NCBI GenBank assembly: GCA_964472495.1
Contig: CAYYLD010000001.1
Span: 21,294 to 85,293 of the forward strand
Source of the DNA: an uncultured Candidatus Saccharibacteria bacterium
Lineage (GTDB): Bacteria; Patescibacteriota; Minisyncoccia; Portnoybacterales; UBA2143
Length of the DNA: 64,000 nucleotides
Reading direction: 5' to 3'
A program made the translations under genes and the position numbers. Shown piece by piece: positions 19,862-28,885 of the stretch (positions within the stretch are counted from its first letter, which is position 1; each line of letters opens with the position of its first letter). The notes under the pieces are model-generated. The model was not told the DNA's origin, did no database searches, and worked only from the letters and a program-made list of their open reading frames with translations.

Positions 19862-21366
19862 TTAAAAAATCGGTCAAACAATCAAATAAGCTCAAAATAA
19901 GGCCACCGGTGGTGGTCATTTTAGGCCATGTTGACCATGGTAAAACTTCTATTCTTGATTACATCCGCAAAACCAAAATAGCCGAGAAAGAGGCCGGCGG
20001 CATTACCCAACATATCGGCGCTTATCAAATAGAACATCAGGGTAAAAAAATTACCTTCATTGATACGCCCGGACACGAGGCCTTTTCGGCCATGCGTTCG
20101 CGGGGGGCTAAAGTAGCTGATGTGGCTGTTTTAGTTGTCGCCGCTGAAGAAGGGGTCAAGCCGCAAACTAAAGAAGCTATTGGTCACATTAAGAAAAGCG
20201 GCCTGCCGGCAATCGTTGCTCTGAATAAAATTGACAAAAAAGAAGCCCAGCCGGAAAAAGTTAAAGGAGAATTAGCCAAACATGGCCTGGTTGTTGAATC
20301 TTTAAACGGTCAAGTTCCTTCAATCAACCTTTCAGCTAAAACCGGCCAAGGCGTTGATGAACTCTTAGATATGATTATTTTAGTCGCTGAAATGGAAGAA
20401 TTAAAAACTGATCCCGACCAAAAGACCTCAGGAGTAGTTATTGAGGCCTATCAGGACCCTCGCCGGGGGCCAACGGCTACCCTTTTAGTCAAAGAAGGGA
20501 CTTTGGAGAATAAAGACATTGTCGGCACTGATTCGGCTTGCGGCCGGATTAAAACAATGGAAGATTTCCAATGGCAGTCGATAGAAAAAACAACCGTCTC
20601 CAGCCCTGTAATCATCACCGGCTTCAATCAGGTTCCTCAGGTCGGTGAAAAATTCTTTGCTTTTGATAGTCTGGAAGAAGCCCAAGCCAGAATCGCCAAA
20701 AAAACAGCCAAAAGAAAAGAAGAAAAAGAAGTTTTTGTCTTTGAGCCAGCCAAAAAAATCCTCAATTTAATTCTGAAAGCTGATGTCCAGGGTTCTTTAG
20801 AAGCGATTAGGGAATCGCTCAAAAGTATTCCCAGTGAAGAAGTTATTTTAAGAATCTTGAAAGCGGAAGTTGGCGAAGTCAACGAATCCGATATTAAATT
20901 AGCTGAATCAGCTCAGGCCAAAATAGTCGCCTTCCGGGTCAAGGTCAGTTCAGCCATCCGGGAATTAGCTCAGCAAAAGAAAATTAAAATCTCAAGCTTC
21001 GAAGTAATCTATGAACTAATCCAAGGAGTCCGCGAATTACTGGCTAAACTTCTAGAGCCGGAAATTGTCAAAAATGTTATTGGTCAGGTTAAGGTTCTGG
21101 CTCTCTTCCGTCGGGAAAAAGGCCGTCAGATTGTTGGCGGCCGGGTGACTGACGGCCTGGTCAAAAAAGGAGCTTCTATTGAAATTAGCCGTGAAGGGAA
21201 AAAAATCGGCCGGGCTAAATTAATTCAACTGCAGCGGAATAAAAAAGACATTGAGGAGATAGCCAAAGGGCAAGAGTGCGGCATTTTATTAGAAAGCTCT
21301 ACGGTCGTTGAAAAAGGAGATGTTTTGGAAATCTACGAGGAAGAAAAAAAGAAGAGAGAGATATAA
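19858..21366 (+). CDS. infB: translation initiation factor IF-2 (short form)
   Basis: G-domain [29 protein letters not shown], then IF2 domain II/C-terminal regions. 502 aa, i.e. lacking the long N-terminal extension. Confidence 0.9.
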   Translation: MIKKSVKQSNKLKIRPPVVVILGHVDHGKTSILDYIRKTKIAEKEAGGITQHIGAYQIEHQGKKITFIDTPGHEAFSAMRSRGAKVADVAVLVVAAEEGVKPQTKEAIGHIKKSGLPAIVALNKIDKKEAQPEKVKGELAKHGLVVESLNGQVPSINLSAKTGQGVDELLDMIILVAEMEELKTDPDQKTSGVVIEAYQDPRRGPTATLLVKEGTLENKDIVGTDSACGRIKTMEDFQWQSIEKTTVSSPVIITGFNQVPQVGEKFFAFDSLEEAQARIAKKTAKRKEEKEVFVFEPAKKILNLILKADVQGSLEAIRESLKSIPSEEVILRILKAEVGEVNESDIKLAESAQAKIVAFRVKVSSAIRELAQQKKIKISSFEVIYELIQGVRELLAKLLEPEIVKNVIGQVKVLALFRREKGRQIVGGRVTDGLVKKGASIEISREGKKIGRAKLIQLQRNKKDIEEIAKGQECGILLESSTVVEKGDVLEIYEEEKKKREI

Positions 21367-21368
21367 CA

Positions 21369-21704
21369 ATGTCCCAAAGAATCCAACGAGTCAATAAATT
21401 GATTAAAGAACAAATCAGCCAGTTGATTTTAAAGGAGATTGATTTTGGCGGCACTTTAGTGACCATCACCGAAGTTGAGACGGCCGCTGATTTAAGCCGG
21501 AGTAAAATAAAAATCAGCGTCTTGCCAACCGAAAAAACCGAACAGGTTTTGCGGATTTTAAAGAAAAATATTTTTCAGCTGCAGCAGACGCTTAATAAAA
21601 AACTGACTATGAGGATAGTTCCCAAAATTATTTTTGAAATTGACCAGGCCGAAGTTAAAGCCCAGCGGATTGAGGAAATTTTAGGCCAGATGAAGAAAGA
21701 TTGA
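21369..21704 (+). CDS. rbfA: ribosome-binding factor A
   Basis: 111 aa starting MSQRIQRVNKLIKEQISQLI, typical of RbfA. Directly downstream of infB. Confidence 0.8.
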   Translation: MSQRIQRVNKLIKEQISQLILKEIDFGGTLVTITEVETAADLSRSKIKISVLPTEKTEQVLRILKKNIFQLQQTLNKKLTMRIVPKIIFEIDQAEVKAQRIEEILGQMKKD

Positions 21705-21736
21705 GTTTTTCAAAAAAGATGGTATAGTTAAAGCAA

Positions 21737-21810
21737 GGCCACGTGGCCGAGTGACTAGGCAACGGTCTGCAAAACCGTTTACACCGGTTTGAATCCGGTC
21801 GTGGCCTCCA
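21737..21810 (+). tRNA. tRNA-Cys (anticodon GCA)
   Basis: Acceptor GGCCACG/CGTGGCC, anticodon stem ACGGT/ACCGT, loop CTGCAAA, T-loop TTTGAAT, encoded CCA. Confidence 0.75.
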
Positions 21811-21811
21811 A

Positions 21812-21897
21812 GCCGCGGTGGCGGAATTGGTTTACGCGCACGACTTAAAATCGTGTGGACTTTGTCCATGTGGGTTCGAGTCCCACCCGCGGCACCA
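21812..21897 (+). tRNA. tRNA-Leu (anticodon TAA)
   Basis: Acceptor GCCGCGG/CCGCGGC, anticodon stem CACGA/TCGTG, loop CTTAAAA, long variable arm, encoded CCA. Confidence 0.75.
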
Positions 21898-21900
21898 TAT

Positions 21901-21929
21901 AAAAACCCCGTCGTTCGACGGGGTTTTTA
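21901..21929. terminator. bidirectional Rho-independent terminator
   Basis: AAAAA-CCCCGTCG-tt-CGACGGGG-TTTTTAT: perfect 8-bp stem with an A-run before and a T-run after. It overlaps the stop codon of the convergent minus-strand gene. Confidence 0.8.
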
Positions 21930-22421
21930 TGTCTCCAGAATCTCTACTTTAGCTATTTTGAGACCAAACTCTTTAGCTTCTTGACGGCTGGCAAACCAGA
22001 TATCCACCTTATGGCTGTTCCGAGCAGCCATTCGGTCCTCAACAATGAAGATTTTATCTCCATACAATTGAGGGAAGCGAATCCTGGTACCAAATCTCAA
22101 GAAATTACAAGCGACCACGCCGTCCCGGACATTACTGCCCGAAGCGGTAATAAAAGGCGTGGCGTCGGTTTGGTCAGGGGTGCTGGAATAAGCAGTTACC
22201 GGCACCCAGTATTGAGTAGCGACCACCGGCGTATCAGGATTAGTTGACTGAATCAAGGCCTGGCCCTGAAGAGTAACCAATCCGTCAAGCGGCGTCAGAG
22301 CTAAATCAACTTCTTGATTCCCAATCAAACTAAAGCCGGTTAAGGCCGATTGAGGGAAAACAAGGTGATAAATCAAGCTAACTAAAGTCAAAGAAGCGGA
22401 AATCTTAGGATTAGTATACAT
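21927..22421 (-). CDS. 3D (Asp-Asp-Asp) domain protein, secreted (cell-wall-acting, MltA/YuiC-like domain)
   Basis: Signal peptide. C-terminal VPVTAYSSTPDQTDATPFITASGSNVRDGVVACNFLRFGTRIRF...VDIWF resembles the 3D domain. Confidence 0.55.
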   Translation of the reverse strand: MYTNPKISASLTLVSLIYHLVFPQSALTGFSLIGNQEVDLALTPLDGLVTLQGQALIQSTNPDTPVVATQYWVPVTAYSSTPDQTDATPFITASGSNVRDGVVACNFLRFGTRIRFPQLYGDKIFIVEDRMAARNSHKVDIWFASRQEAKEFGLKIAKVEILET

Positions 22422-22550
22422 ATTGTCCTTTCGGCAATCAAAAAATCCCCTTTCAGGGATTTCCTATATACTATCACATTATAAGTAATTTGTCAATAGT
22501 TTCAGCTGATTCCTAAAATTTCCGCTTTTGGCCATTTTCAGCTGTTTTTG

Positions 22551-22622
22551 AGCGGGTAACGGGAGTCGAACCCGTGTCTTCTCCATGGCAAGGAGATATA
22601 ATAGCCACTATACGATACCCGC
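22551..22622 (-). tRNA. tRNA-Gly (anticodon GCC)
   Basis: The reverse complement folds with acceptor GCGGGTA/TACCCGC, anticodon stem TCTCC/GGAGA, loop TTGCCAT, T-loop TTCGACT. Confidence 0.75.
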
Positions 22623-22628
22623 TTTTGG

Positions 22629-22700
22629 TGCCGAGGGTGGGAGTCGAACCCACTACTTTCTCTTTTTCAGAGAGACACTCTACCGGTGAGTTACCTCGGC
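22629..22700 (-). tRNA. tRNA-Phe (anticodon GAA)
   Basis: The reverse complement folds with acceptor GCCGAGG/CCTCGGC, anticodon stem TCTCT/AGAGA, loop CTGAAAA, T-loop TTCGACT. Confidence 0.8.
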
Positions 22701-22761
22701 ATGGCCCGCCAAGGGCGGACACAATTCTTGTAGCCAAAATAAATTTTAGACAAAAATTATG

Positions 22762-22835
22762 TGGACCCAGAGGGATTCGAACCCTCGACCTTTAGTATGC
22801 CATACTAACGCGCTAACCAACTGCGCCATGGGCCC
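22762..22835 (-). tRNA. tRNA-Ala (anticodon GGC)
   Basis: The reverse complement folds with acceptor GGGCCCA/TGGGTCC including G3:U70. Anticodon stem TTAGT/ACTAA, loop ATGGCAT, T-loop TTCGAAT. Confidence 0.75.
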
Positions 22836-22853
22836 CTTTTTTGCCCACTCGGA

Positions 22854-22925
22854 TGCCCTCGGTAGGAATCGAACCCGCATCAAGGGCTTAGGACGCCCCT
22901 GCTCTATCCGTTGAGCTACGAGGGC
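22854..22925 (-). tRNA. tRNA-Arg (anticodon CCT)
   Basis: The reverse complement folds with acceptor GCCCTCG/CGAGGGC, D-arm GCTC/GAGC, anticodon loop GTCCTAA. One C-A mismatch in the T-stem. Confidence 0.6.
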
Positions 22926-22977
22926 TCAGAAATATTTTACAATCTTAATTTTTTTGCTACAATAGAATGATATAATA

Positions 22978-23006
22978 TTGACTAAAGATAGTCAATGAAA
23001 TATACT
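22978..23006 (+). promoter_or_regulatory. sigma-70-like promoter TTGACT-17-TATACT
   Basis: Near-consensus hexamers with a 17-bp spacer, about 22 bp upstream of the htrA start. RBS AAAGGAG. Confidence 0.5.
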
Positions 23007-23028
23007 TAATAAAAAGGAGAAAATAATT

Positions 23029-24099
23029 ATGGCTCAAAAATCTCCGGTGGTTGAAGTAGTTAAAAAAATAAGCCCGGCGGTCGTCAGTATTACCATCAGC
23101 AAGGACCTCCCTAAAATCAGAAAGTACTATATCCAGCCTTTTGACGAATTATTTGGTCCTTATGGCCAACCAGTCCCTCAATACCGGCAAGAAGGACGCC
23201 AAAAGGTTAAGATTGGCGGCGGCAGCGGCTTTTTTGTTTCGCCAGACGGCGTTATTTTAACCAATCGCCATGTTATCGTCTCGCCTAATGTTGATTACAC
23301 TATTACGACCACTGATGAAAAAGAATATCAGGCCGAAATTTTAGCCCGCGACCCGGTTAATGACGTAGCCATTATTAAAGTCAAGAATGCCAAGGGCAGA
23401 AAATTCCCTATCTTAGAATTAGGCGATTCTGCCAAGGCGGAATTAGGTCAAGGCGTCATTGCCATCGGCAATGCCTTGGGCACTTTTCGTAATACGGTTT
23501 CAACCGGGGTTGTTTCCGGTCTCAGTCGTTTTATCACCGCCCACGACGGCCTTTCGGGCCAAGCTGCTTCCTTGCGGGGATTAATTCAAACTGACGCGGC
23601 TATCAATCCAGGTAATTCCGGTGGTCCTTTAGTTGACTTAGACGGTAAAGTTATTGCCATTAATGTAGCCATCGTCATAGGCGCTCAAAATATTGGTTTT
23701 GCTATCCCGGTTAATAACGCCAAGAAAGATTTGGATGACTTGAAAAAACATGGTCGGATTATTCAGCCATTCTTAGGTGTTCGTTATATTTTAATCAACA
23801 AAGCTCTTCAAGAATCTTTCCGCCAAAGATTTAACATCGATATACCGATTGATTACGGCGCTTTAATTATCCGAGAGCCAGGCAGCGGAGAGCCAGCTGT
23901 CGTTCCCAACAGTCCAGCCAATAAAGCTGGTTTAATGGAACGCGATATTATTTTAGAATTCAATAAGGTCAAGATAACTGATAAAAATCCTCTTCAGGAG
24001 TTGATTCATAAGGCCAAGCCGGGTGACACGATTGATATTAAAATTTTGCGGGGGGATAAATTAGGAACGTTAAAATTAAAATTGGAAGAGAGGAAGTGA
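23029..24099 (+). CDS. htrA: HtrA/DegP-family serine protease with C-terminal PDZ domain
   Basis: Catalytic region GNSGGPLVDLDGKVIAINVA, upstream His and Asp motifs, and a PDZ-like C-terminus. 356 aa. Confidence 0.85.
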   Translation: MAQKSPVVEVVKKISPAVVSITISKDLPKIRKYYIQPFDELFGPYGQPVPQYRQEGRQKVKIGGGSGFFVSPDGVILTNRHVIVSPNVDYTITTTDEKEYQAEILARDPVNDVAIIKVKNAKGRKFPILELGDSAKAELGQGVIAIGNALGTFRNTVSTGVVSGLSRFITAHDGLSGQAASLRGLIQTDAAINPGNSGGPLVDLDGKVIAINVAIVIGAQNIGFAIPVNNAKKDLDDLKKHGRIIQPFLGVRYILINKALQESFRQRFNIDIPIDYGALIIREPGSGEPAVVPNSPANKAGLMERDIILEFNKVKITDKNPLQELIHKAKPGDTIDIKILRGDKLGTLKLKLEERK

Positions 24100-24122
24100 C
24101 TCTGCCTGAGAACAGAAACAAA

Positions 24123-24147
24123 AGCCCTCTGAAAACCAGAGGGTTTT
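24123..24147 (+). terminator. Rho-independent terminator
   Basis: GCCCTCTG-aaaac-CAGAGGG followed by TTTTTG. Confidence 0.65.
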
Positions 24148-24224
24148 TGCTATCTAAGGGTGTAGTTTTGAGGGATACCCTTGGAGGGGACGCCCTTGGA
24201 GAGCGGTCGTCGGAATGACACCCT

Positions 24225-24848
24225 TTAGAGAGGAATGCCAACAATTAGCTGATAAACCAAAAAAATTAGAGGTAAAATCCACTGGAAAGCAAAAAAGATA
24301 AAGAGAAGCAAGACGAACATGCCATAACGCTCTAAAAAAATTCTCAAATTCCTCCAAGAATGGGGCAAAAAGGCAAAAAGAATTTTAGAGCCGTCTAGAG
24401 GAGGCAGAGGAATAGAATTGAAAATAGCTAAAAGGAGATTAAGAAAAATAATCAAACTAAGAATTTGAATTAAACCGGCTGAAATAAATTGACCGGGTAA
24501 GAAACGCAGAAAAAAGCCAAAAACCAAAGCAATCAAAAGATTGGCCGAAGGACCGGCTGCAGCTACCTTAGCTATTCCCCAACGCTGGTCGCGTAAGTTA
24601 TAGGGATTAAAGGGGACTGGTTTAGCCCAGCCGAAGATAAAGCCGCCGCCGGATAATCTGGAAAGAAAGAACAACGTTAACGGCACAATAAAGGACCCTA
24701 TCGGATCCAGATGTTTAAGCGGATTTAGGGTCAATCGGCCAGAATATTTGGCTGTGGAATCCCCTAAACGATAAGCCATCCATCCATGAGCGAATTCGTG
24801 AACGGTAACCGAGAATAATAGGACAGCTAAAGAGAAAATAATGTCCAT
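24225..24848 (-). CDS. site-2 protease family (peptidase M50B-like) membrane metalloprotease
   Basis: HEFAHGWMAYRLGD (HExxH in the first TM helix) and LDPIGSF...NLLLAIFN motifs. 207 aa, polytopic. Confidence 0.7.
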   Translation of the reverse strand: MDIIFSLAVLLFSVTVHEFAHGWMAYRLGDSTAKYSGRLTLNPLKHLDPIGSFIVPLTLFFLSRLSGGGFIFGWAKPVPFNPYNLRDQRWGIAKVAAAGPSANLLIALVFGFFLRFLPGQFISAGLIQILSLIIFLNLLLAIFNSIPLPPLDGSKILFAFLPHSWRNLRIFLERYGMFVLLLFIFFAFQWILPLIFLVYQLIVGIPL

Positions 24849-24893
24849 AAAGCACTTGAAAATTTATTGTTTAGATGATAAAATAAAGCCATT

Positions 24894-25085
24894 ATGTCAA
24901 GACGTTGTGCTATCTGCGGCAAAAAATCAATGGTCGCTACGGTTCGTAAAAAGCTTCGTGGTAAGTATAACCCAACGACCAAAAAAAGAAAATACCCCAA
25001 TCTACAATGGGTTTATTTGCCCAATGGCCGAAGAGTTAAGGCCTGTGCTAAGTGTATTAAGGCTATGGGTAAAAGCAAAAAATAA
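24894..25085 (+). CDS. rpmB: 50S ribosomal protein L28
   Basis: MSRRCAICGKK...NPTTKKRKYPNLQ...KACAKCIK matches the bL28 pattern with a Cys zinc ribbon. 63 aa. Confidence 0.8.
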   Translation: MSRRCAICGKKSMVATVRKKLRGKYNPTTKKRKYPNLQWVYLPNGRRVKACAKCIKAMGKSKK

Positions 25086-25088
25086 TGA

Positions 25089-25162
25089 CGGGCTGTGGCC
25101 TAGCGGTTTAAGGCACACGCATGGGGTGCGTGGGATCGCGGGTTCGAATCCCGCCAGCCCGA
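25089..25162 (+). tRNA. tRNA-Pro (anticodon GGG)
   Basis: Acceptor CGGGCTG/CAGCCCG (C1-G72 as in tRNA-Pro), anticodon stem CACGC/GCGTG, loop ATGGGGT, T-loop TTCGAAT. No encoded CCA. Confidence 0.75.
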
Positions 25163-25288
25163 CTGGACAAAGCTCGAACCTTTTTCGAGCAACAATTTCT
25201 TACCCCAGAACCCTTCCAATTTTTTCGTCGCCTATTTGCCTTGTTCGTAACCGAGAAGCAAAGGTGGGACGAGCCAAAAATTATTGAA
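25162..25288. repeat. left arm of a perfect 127-bp inverted repeat (partner 30675-30801)
   Basis: 25162-25288 equals the reverse complement of 30675-30801 base for base by manual alignment. It begins at the tRNA-Pro discriminator base and contains the hairpin GCTCGAA-ccttt-TTCGAGC. Confidence 0.85.
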
Positions 25289-25571
25289 AGGTTGTGGAAA
25301 ACTTACTTTGCCACGATTGGAATTATTTAGTATTATTATAATTGAACTGATTAAACAATAGATATTTGTTCCTATTTATTTTTTACAGCAAAATAAAGTT
25401 ATGGAGGGTTATGTAAAAAATAAGACGAACTATGCTAATTTTGTCAAAATAAAAGATGGCATAATTAACGCTTGCCGACTTTTTGTTTTGGCAAAAAATC
25501 TTAATAGAAACACTGTTTTTAACAGCGTTTTTTGTTTGTGAAAGGTCAAAATAAAAATTCATTATTGAGTT

Positions 25572-26777
25572 ATGAAAAAAGTTAAAAAAACAAAGGGAGG
25601 AAAAAAACTAAATATTCCCCAGTCAAAAGAAACAGTCAGCGAACGAGAGGCGATTCTCACCTCTGTCGGCGATCCTGTAATGGGATTGGCGGTCGTTGAC
25701 AAAGATGGGAGAATAATACATGTCAATGCAGGCTTTGGAGCGCTGACTGGCTGGAAAAAAGAAGAAGTGATTGGCAAATCTTTGGTTAAAGTTATCCCCA
25801 GAGAAGATGAAAATAGGAATAGAATACCATTCCGAGAAAGAGTCCTCTCCGAGGTATTGTCAGGAAAAGTAATAACTACTATAGCTGTTAATGTTGCGGC
25901 TAATATTGAAAAACTGCCTACTTTTTATTACGTCCGAAAAGACAAAAGCAGATTTCCGGCCAGCAGTGTTATAAGCCCCGTGTTGTTTAAGGGAAAGATA
26001 ACCGGAGCCGCAGAAGTTTTTTACGACATTACTAAAGAAAAAGAATTAGAGCGAATCAGGATAGATTTTTTGTCACTGGCCTCTCATCAATTGCGCACTC
26101 CGCTTTCCGGCACCAAGTGGTTGATTGAAACGATGTATAAAGGACTCGTAGGCGAGATGACAAAAAAACAAAAAGAGTATCTTGATGATATTTATAAAGT
26201 TAATGAGCAGATGATTAAGCTTGTTTCCGATATCTTGAGCACGTTGCGGCTGGAGAGCGAGGCGGCGCTAATAAAAAAAGAGAAAGTTTCAGTATTATCT
26301 CTTTTTAAAGATATTTTAACTGCAGTGACGCCGGCAGCCAAAGAGAGGAGAGTATTATTACAAAGCCCATTAAATCATCGGAGACTTATTATTGAGATAG
26401 ACCCAGAAATATTGAAATCAATTCTTAGATCTTTTCTTTCTAACGCTATTAATTATTCAAGGCCGGGTCAAAAAGTGATTTTGGATGTTAAAAAAGAATC
26501 AGGGGCGGTAGTATTTTTTGTTCGCGATTTCGGGATCGGTATCCCCCAAAAGGAGCAGAAAAGAATGTTTGAACGATTTTATCGCGCTTCTAATGCAAGG
26601 GCTTTTAAACCAACTGGCACAGGTCTCGGTCTTAACATTGCCAGAGTGCTGGCTGAAAAGATTGGCGCAGAAATTTCATTTGAATCCAAAGAGAATAAAG
26701 GTTCTACCTTTTATTTACGCATCCCCAAAAGGTCGAACAGGGGTGCCAAAGCGAAAAGCCGTAAGGCTAAAAAGTAA
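25572..26777 (+). CDS. cytoplasmic sensor histidine kinase (PAS + HisKA + HATPase_c)
   Basis: PAS-like N-terminus, H-box LASHQLRTPLSGTKWLIE, N/G-boxes (NAINYS, DFGIGIP, GTGLGL). No TM segments. Confidence 0.85.
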   Translation: MKKVKKTKGGKKLNIPQSKETVSEREAILTSVGDPVMGLAVVDKDGRIIHVNAGFGALTGWKKEEVIGKSLVKVIPREDENRNRIPFRERVLSEVLSGKVITTIAVNVAANIEKLPTFYYVRKDKSRFPASSVISPVLFKGKITGAAEVFYDITKEKELERIRIDFLSLASHQLRTPLSGTKWLIETMYKGLVGEMTKKQKEYLDDIYKVNEQMIKLVSDILSTLRLESEAALIKKEKVSVLSLFKDILTAVTPAAKERRVLLQSPLNHRRLIIEIDPEILKSILRSFLSNAINYSRPGQKVILDVKKESGAVVFFVRDFGIGIPQKEQKRMFERFYRASNARAFKPTGTGLGLNIARVLAEKIGAEISFESKENKGSTFYLRIPKRSNRGAKAKSRKAKK

Positions 26778-26795
26778 AAAATCTAATAAACTAAA

Positions 26796-27188
26796 ATGAG
26801 TCATATATTAATTGTTGAAGACGAAGATTTTTTAATTCGGACACTTGAAGATAATTTAGTCACCGAGGGCTATACGGTTGATATTGCCAAAGATGGAGAG
26901 GAGGCGGTTGAGAAAATAGGAAAAAAGAAGCCAGACCTTATTCTGCTTGACATTTTGATGCCCAAAAAGGATGGCTTTTATGTGCTGGGGGAGACAAAAA
27001 AGAATCCTGAATGGAAATTGATTCCAGTGATTGTTTTGTCGAATCTTGGAGAAGATACGTTAATCAAGCGGGCTCTGGGGATGGGCGCTGATGACTATTT
27101 TGTAAAATCACAACACCCGATTCAAGAAATAATTGAAAAAGCGAAAGATTATCTTGAAGGCAGAAAAGCGGCCAAGCCCCGTCTTTAA
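26796..27188 (+). CDS. single-domain response regulator (CheY-like receiver)
   Basis: ILIVEDEDF, phospho-acceptor region LILLDILMPKKDGF, then VIVLSNLGE...GADDYFVK. 130 aa with no output domain. Confidence 0.85.
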   Translation: MSHILIVEDEDFLIRTLEDNLVTEGYTVDIAKDGEEAVEKIGKKKPDLILLDILMPKKDGFYVLGETKKNPEWKLIPVIVLSNLGEDTLIKRALGMGADDYFVKSQHPIQEIIEKAKDYLEGRKAAKPRL

Positions 27189-27199
27189 CAGCCGATAAA

Positions 27200-28876
27200 A
27201 TGAAACTTCAGCATATATGTTTCTCACTATTGATCCTAGCATTGGTTCTGTTTTTGCTTCCGATTGTCGTTGTAGCCGATCCGCCAGGCAGCGCAGTTAA
27301 ATTTGTCATTTTAAAACCAGATGACAGCATAGTTGGCACGCCAGTAACTGTTACTATTGAAGCCCAAAAAAGCAATAATCAGGTTGATACGGATTATCAA
27401 AGCGATGTAACTCTTGTGACCAACGGCTCGGCCACGGGCGCCGGTCTGGTGGACATTGTCAACGGCATAGGCACGATTGAAATCAATGACGAAGTGGCTG
27501 AAACCGTCAATCTTTCGCTTTCTGACACAAAAGAAACCGGACTGGATGTGAGTTCTACCCAAGAGGTTGATTTTGAAGCCGCTGAAGAAGCAGTTTGGAA
27601 TCAAACAGATTTTTGGTTCAGAGATGACGACGGAGACGAGGCTACTGCCAGCGGGTTTGGAGCTGAAAACGTAAGTCAGAATACAAATATTATCAATGTG
27701 CCGCAGGGGACAAACTTGCGTCTGCGTTTTGGCATCAGGGTTACTGGCTTTAGCGGTACCCTTATCCCTTGTCTTGAGTTTAAGCAGGGCGCTGATTGTG
27801 CTACCGGCAATTGGACAGTTATTACTCCAACGAGTGATACTTTTAATCTTTATTTATCAGACAATTTTGATGATGGCGACGCTACCACCAAGCAAATCAC
27901 AAACGGTTCTTTTGTCGCCGGCCAAATTCTGGAGTCAACCAATCCGGCTTCTTCTTTAGACCTGGCTAAGAACAAAAACACGGAATACGAATGGTCAATA
28001 GAAGTTGCCGGGGATGTCCCAGTCAGCACAACTTACAGTTTTAGGGTTAGTAATAATGGGACTGCCTTTGATAACTACGATGTGTGTCCGTCTCTGACGA
28101 CTCAATCGGGGTCAGAACCAGAGCCAGAACCAGAGCCGACTCCATCTGGCGGAAGCAAAGTAAGACCTACCACGGTAACATTTTCCGGAAGAGCTTTTCC
28201 GAACGCCAAAATATTGGTGTTAGATAAAGATGCAAGGTTAAGAAAGGCAATTAGCCAAGATTTTGTAGCTGACGAAGAAGGAAAATTTAGCGTGAGCTTC
28301 ATTGGCATAATGCAAAGTTGGCATAGTTTTGGTCTTTTGATAAAAGACAAAGAAAATCGGACCACTCAGACGAAATTTTTTAATATTGATACTTTGGCCA
28401 ATGACCTGGTGGTAAAAGATATTCTGGTACCACCAACCGTAGGTTTTACTCAAGGGGTAGTTACGCGAGGACGCAACGCCGTCATTGTCGGCTACGCTGC
28501 CCCAGAAAATGACGTTGAAATAGAAATAGGAGATATCAAGAAAGAAATTAAAGCAGAAAAAGATGGTTCATATAAAGCAGAAGTTAATACAGGAATGCTT
28601 GAATTTGACCAGCATAGAGTACGCGTAAAACAAATTGATCCGCAAGAAAAAAGGGAAAGCGATTTTTCAGTAACGAAAACTTTAGTGGTTTCGCGTCTTG
28701 CTTCGCCAAAAACAGATTTGTCCGGCGATGGCCGGGTAGATATTAGAGATTGGAGCATGTTTCTTTCAAGGTGGGAGTCAAAAGACAAAAGTCAGAAAAA
28801 AATAATTGATTTCAACGATGACGGGGAAATAAATATTTCAGATTTTAGTATATTTATTCGTGCTATTAAAAAATAA
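27200..28876 (+). CDS. secreted multidomain protein with C-terminal dockerin (type-I-like) module
   Basis: Signal peptide, an EPEPEPEPTP linker, and a C-terminal duplicated Ca-binding segment DLSGDGRVDIRDWSMF / DFNDDGEINISDFSIF that matches the dockerin DxDxDGxVxxxD pattern. Confidence 0.65.
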   Translation: MKLQHICFSLLILALVLFLLPIVVVADPPGSAVKFVILKPDDSIVGTPVTVTIEAQKSNNQVDTDYQSDVTLVTNGSATGAGLVDIVNGIGTIEINDEVAETVNLSLSDTKETGLDVSSTQEVDFEAAEEAVWNQTDFWFRDDDGDEATASGFGAENVSQNTNIINVPQGTNLRLRFGIRVTGFSGTLIPCLEFKQGADCATGNWTVITPTSDTFNLYLSDNFDDGDATTKQITNGSFVAGQILESTNPASSLDLAKNKNTEYEWSIEVAGDVPVSTTYSFRVSNNGTAFDNYDVCPSLTTQSGSEPEPEPEPTPSGGSKVRPTTVTFSGRAFPNAKILVLDKDARLRKAISQDFVADEEGKFSVSFIGIMQSWHSFGLLIKDKENRTTQTKFFNIDTLANDLVVKDILVPPTVGFTQGVVTRGRNAVIVGYAAPENDVEIEIGDIKKEIKAEKDGSYKAEVNTGMLEFDQHRVRVKQIDPQEKRESDFSVTKTLVVSRLASPKTDLSGDGRVDIRDWSMFLSRWESKDKSQKKIIDFNDDGEINISDFSIFIRAIKK

Positions 28877-28885
28877 AATGAAAAA

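Noticed and set aside
25162-25288. Interpreting the 127-bp repeats as attL/attR of a tRNA-integrated island
   Set aside because: att sites created by integrases are direct repeats, whereas these are inverted, and no integrase gene is present in the window. Inversion, TIR or assembly explanations fit better.
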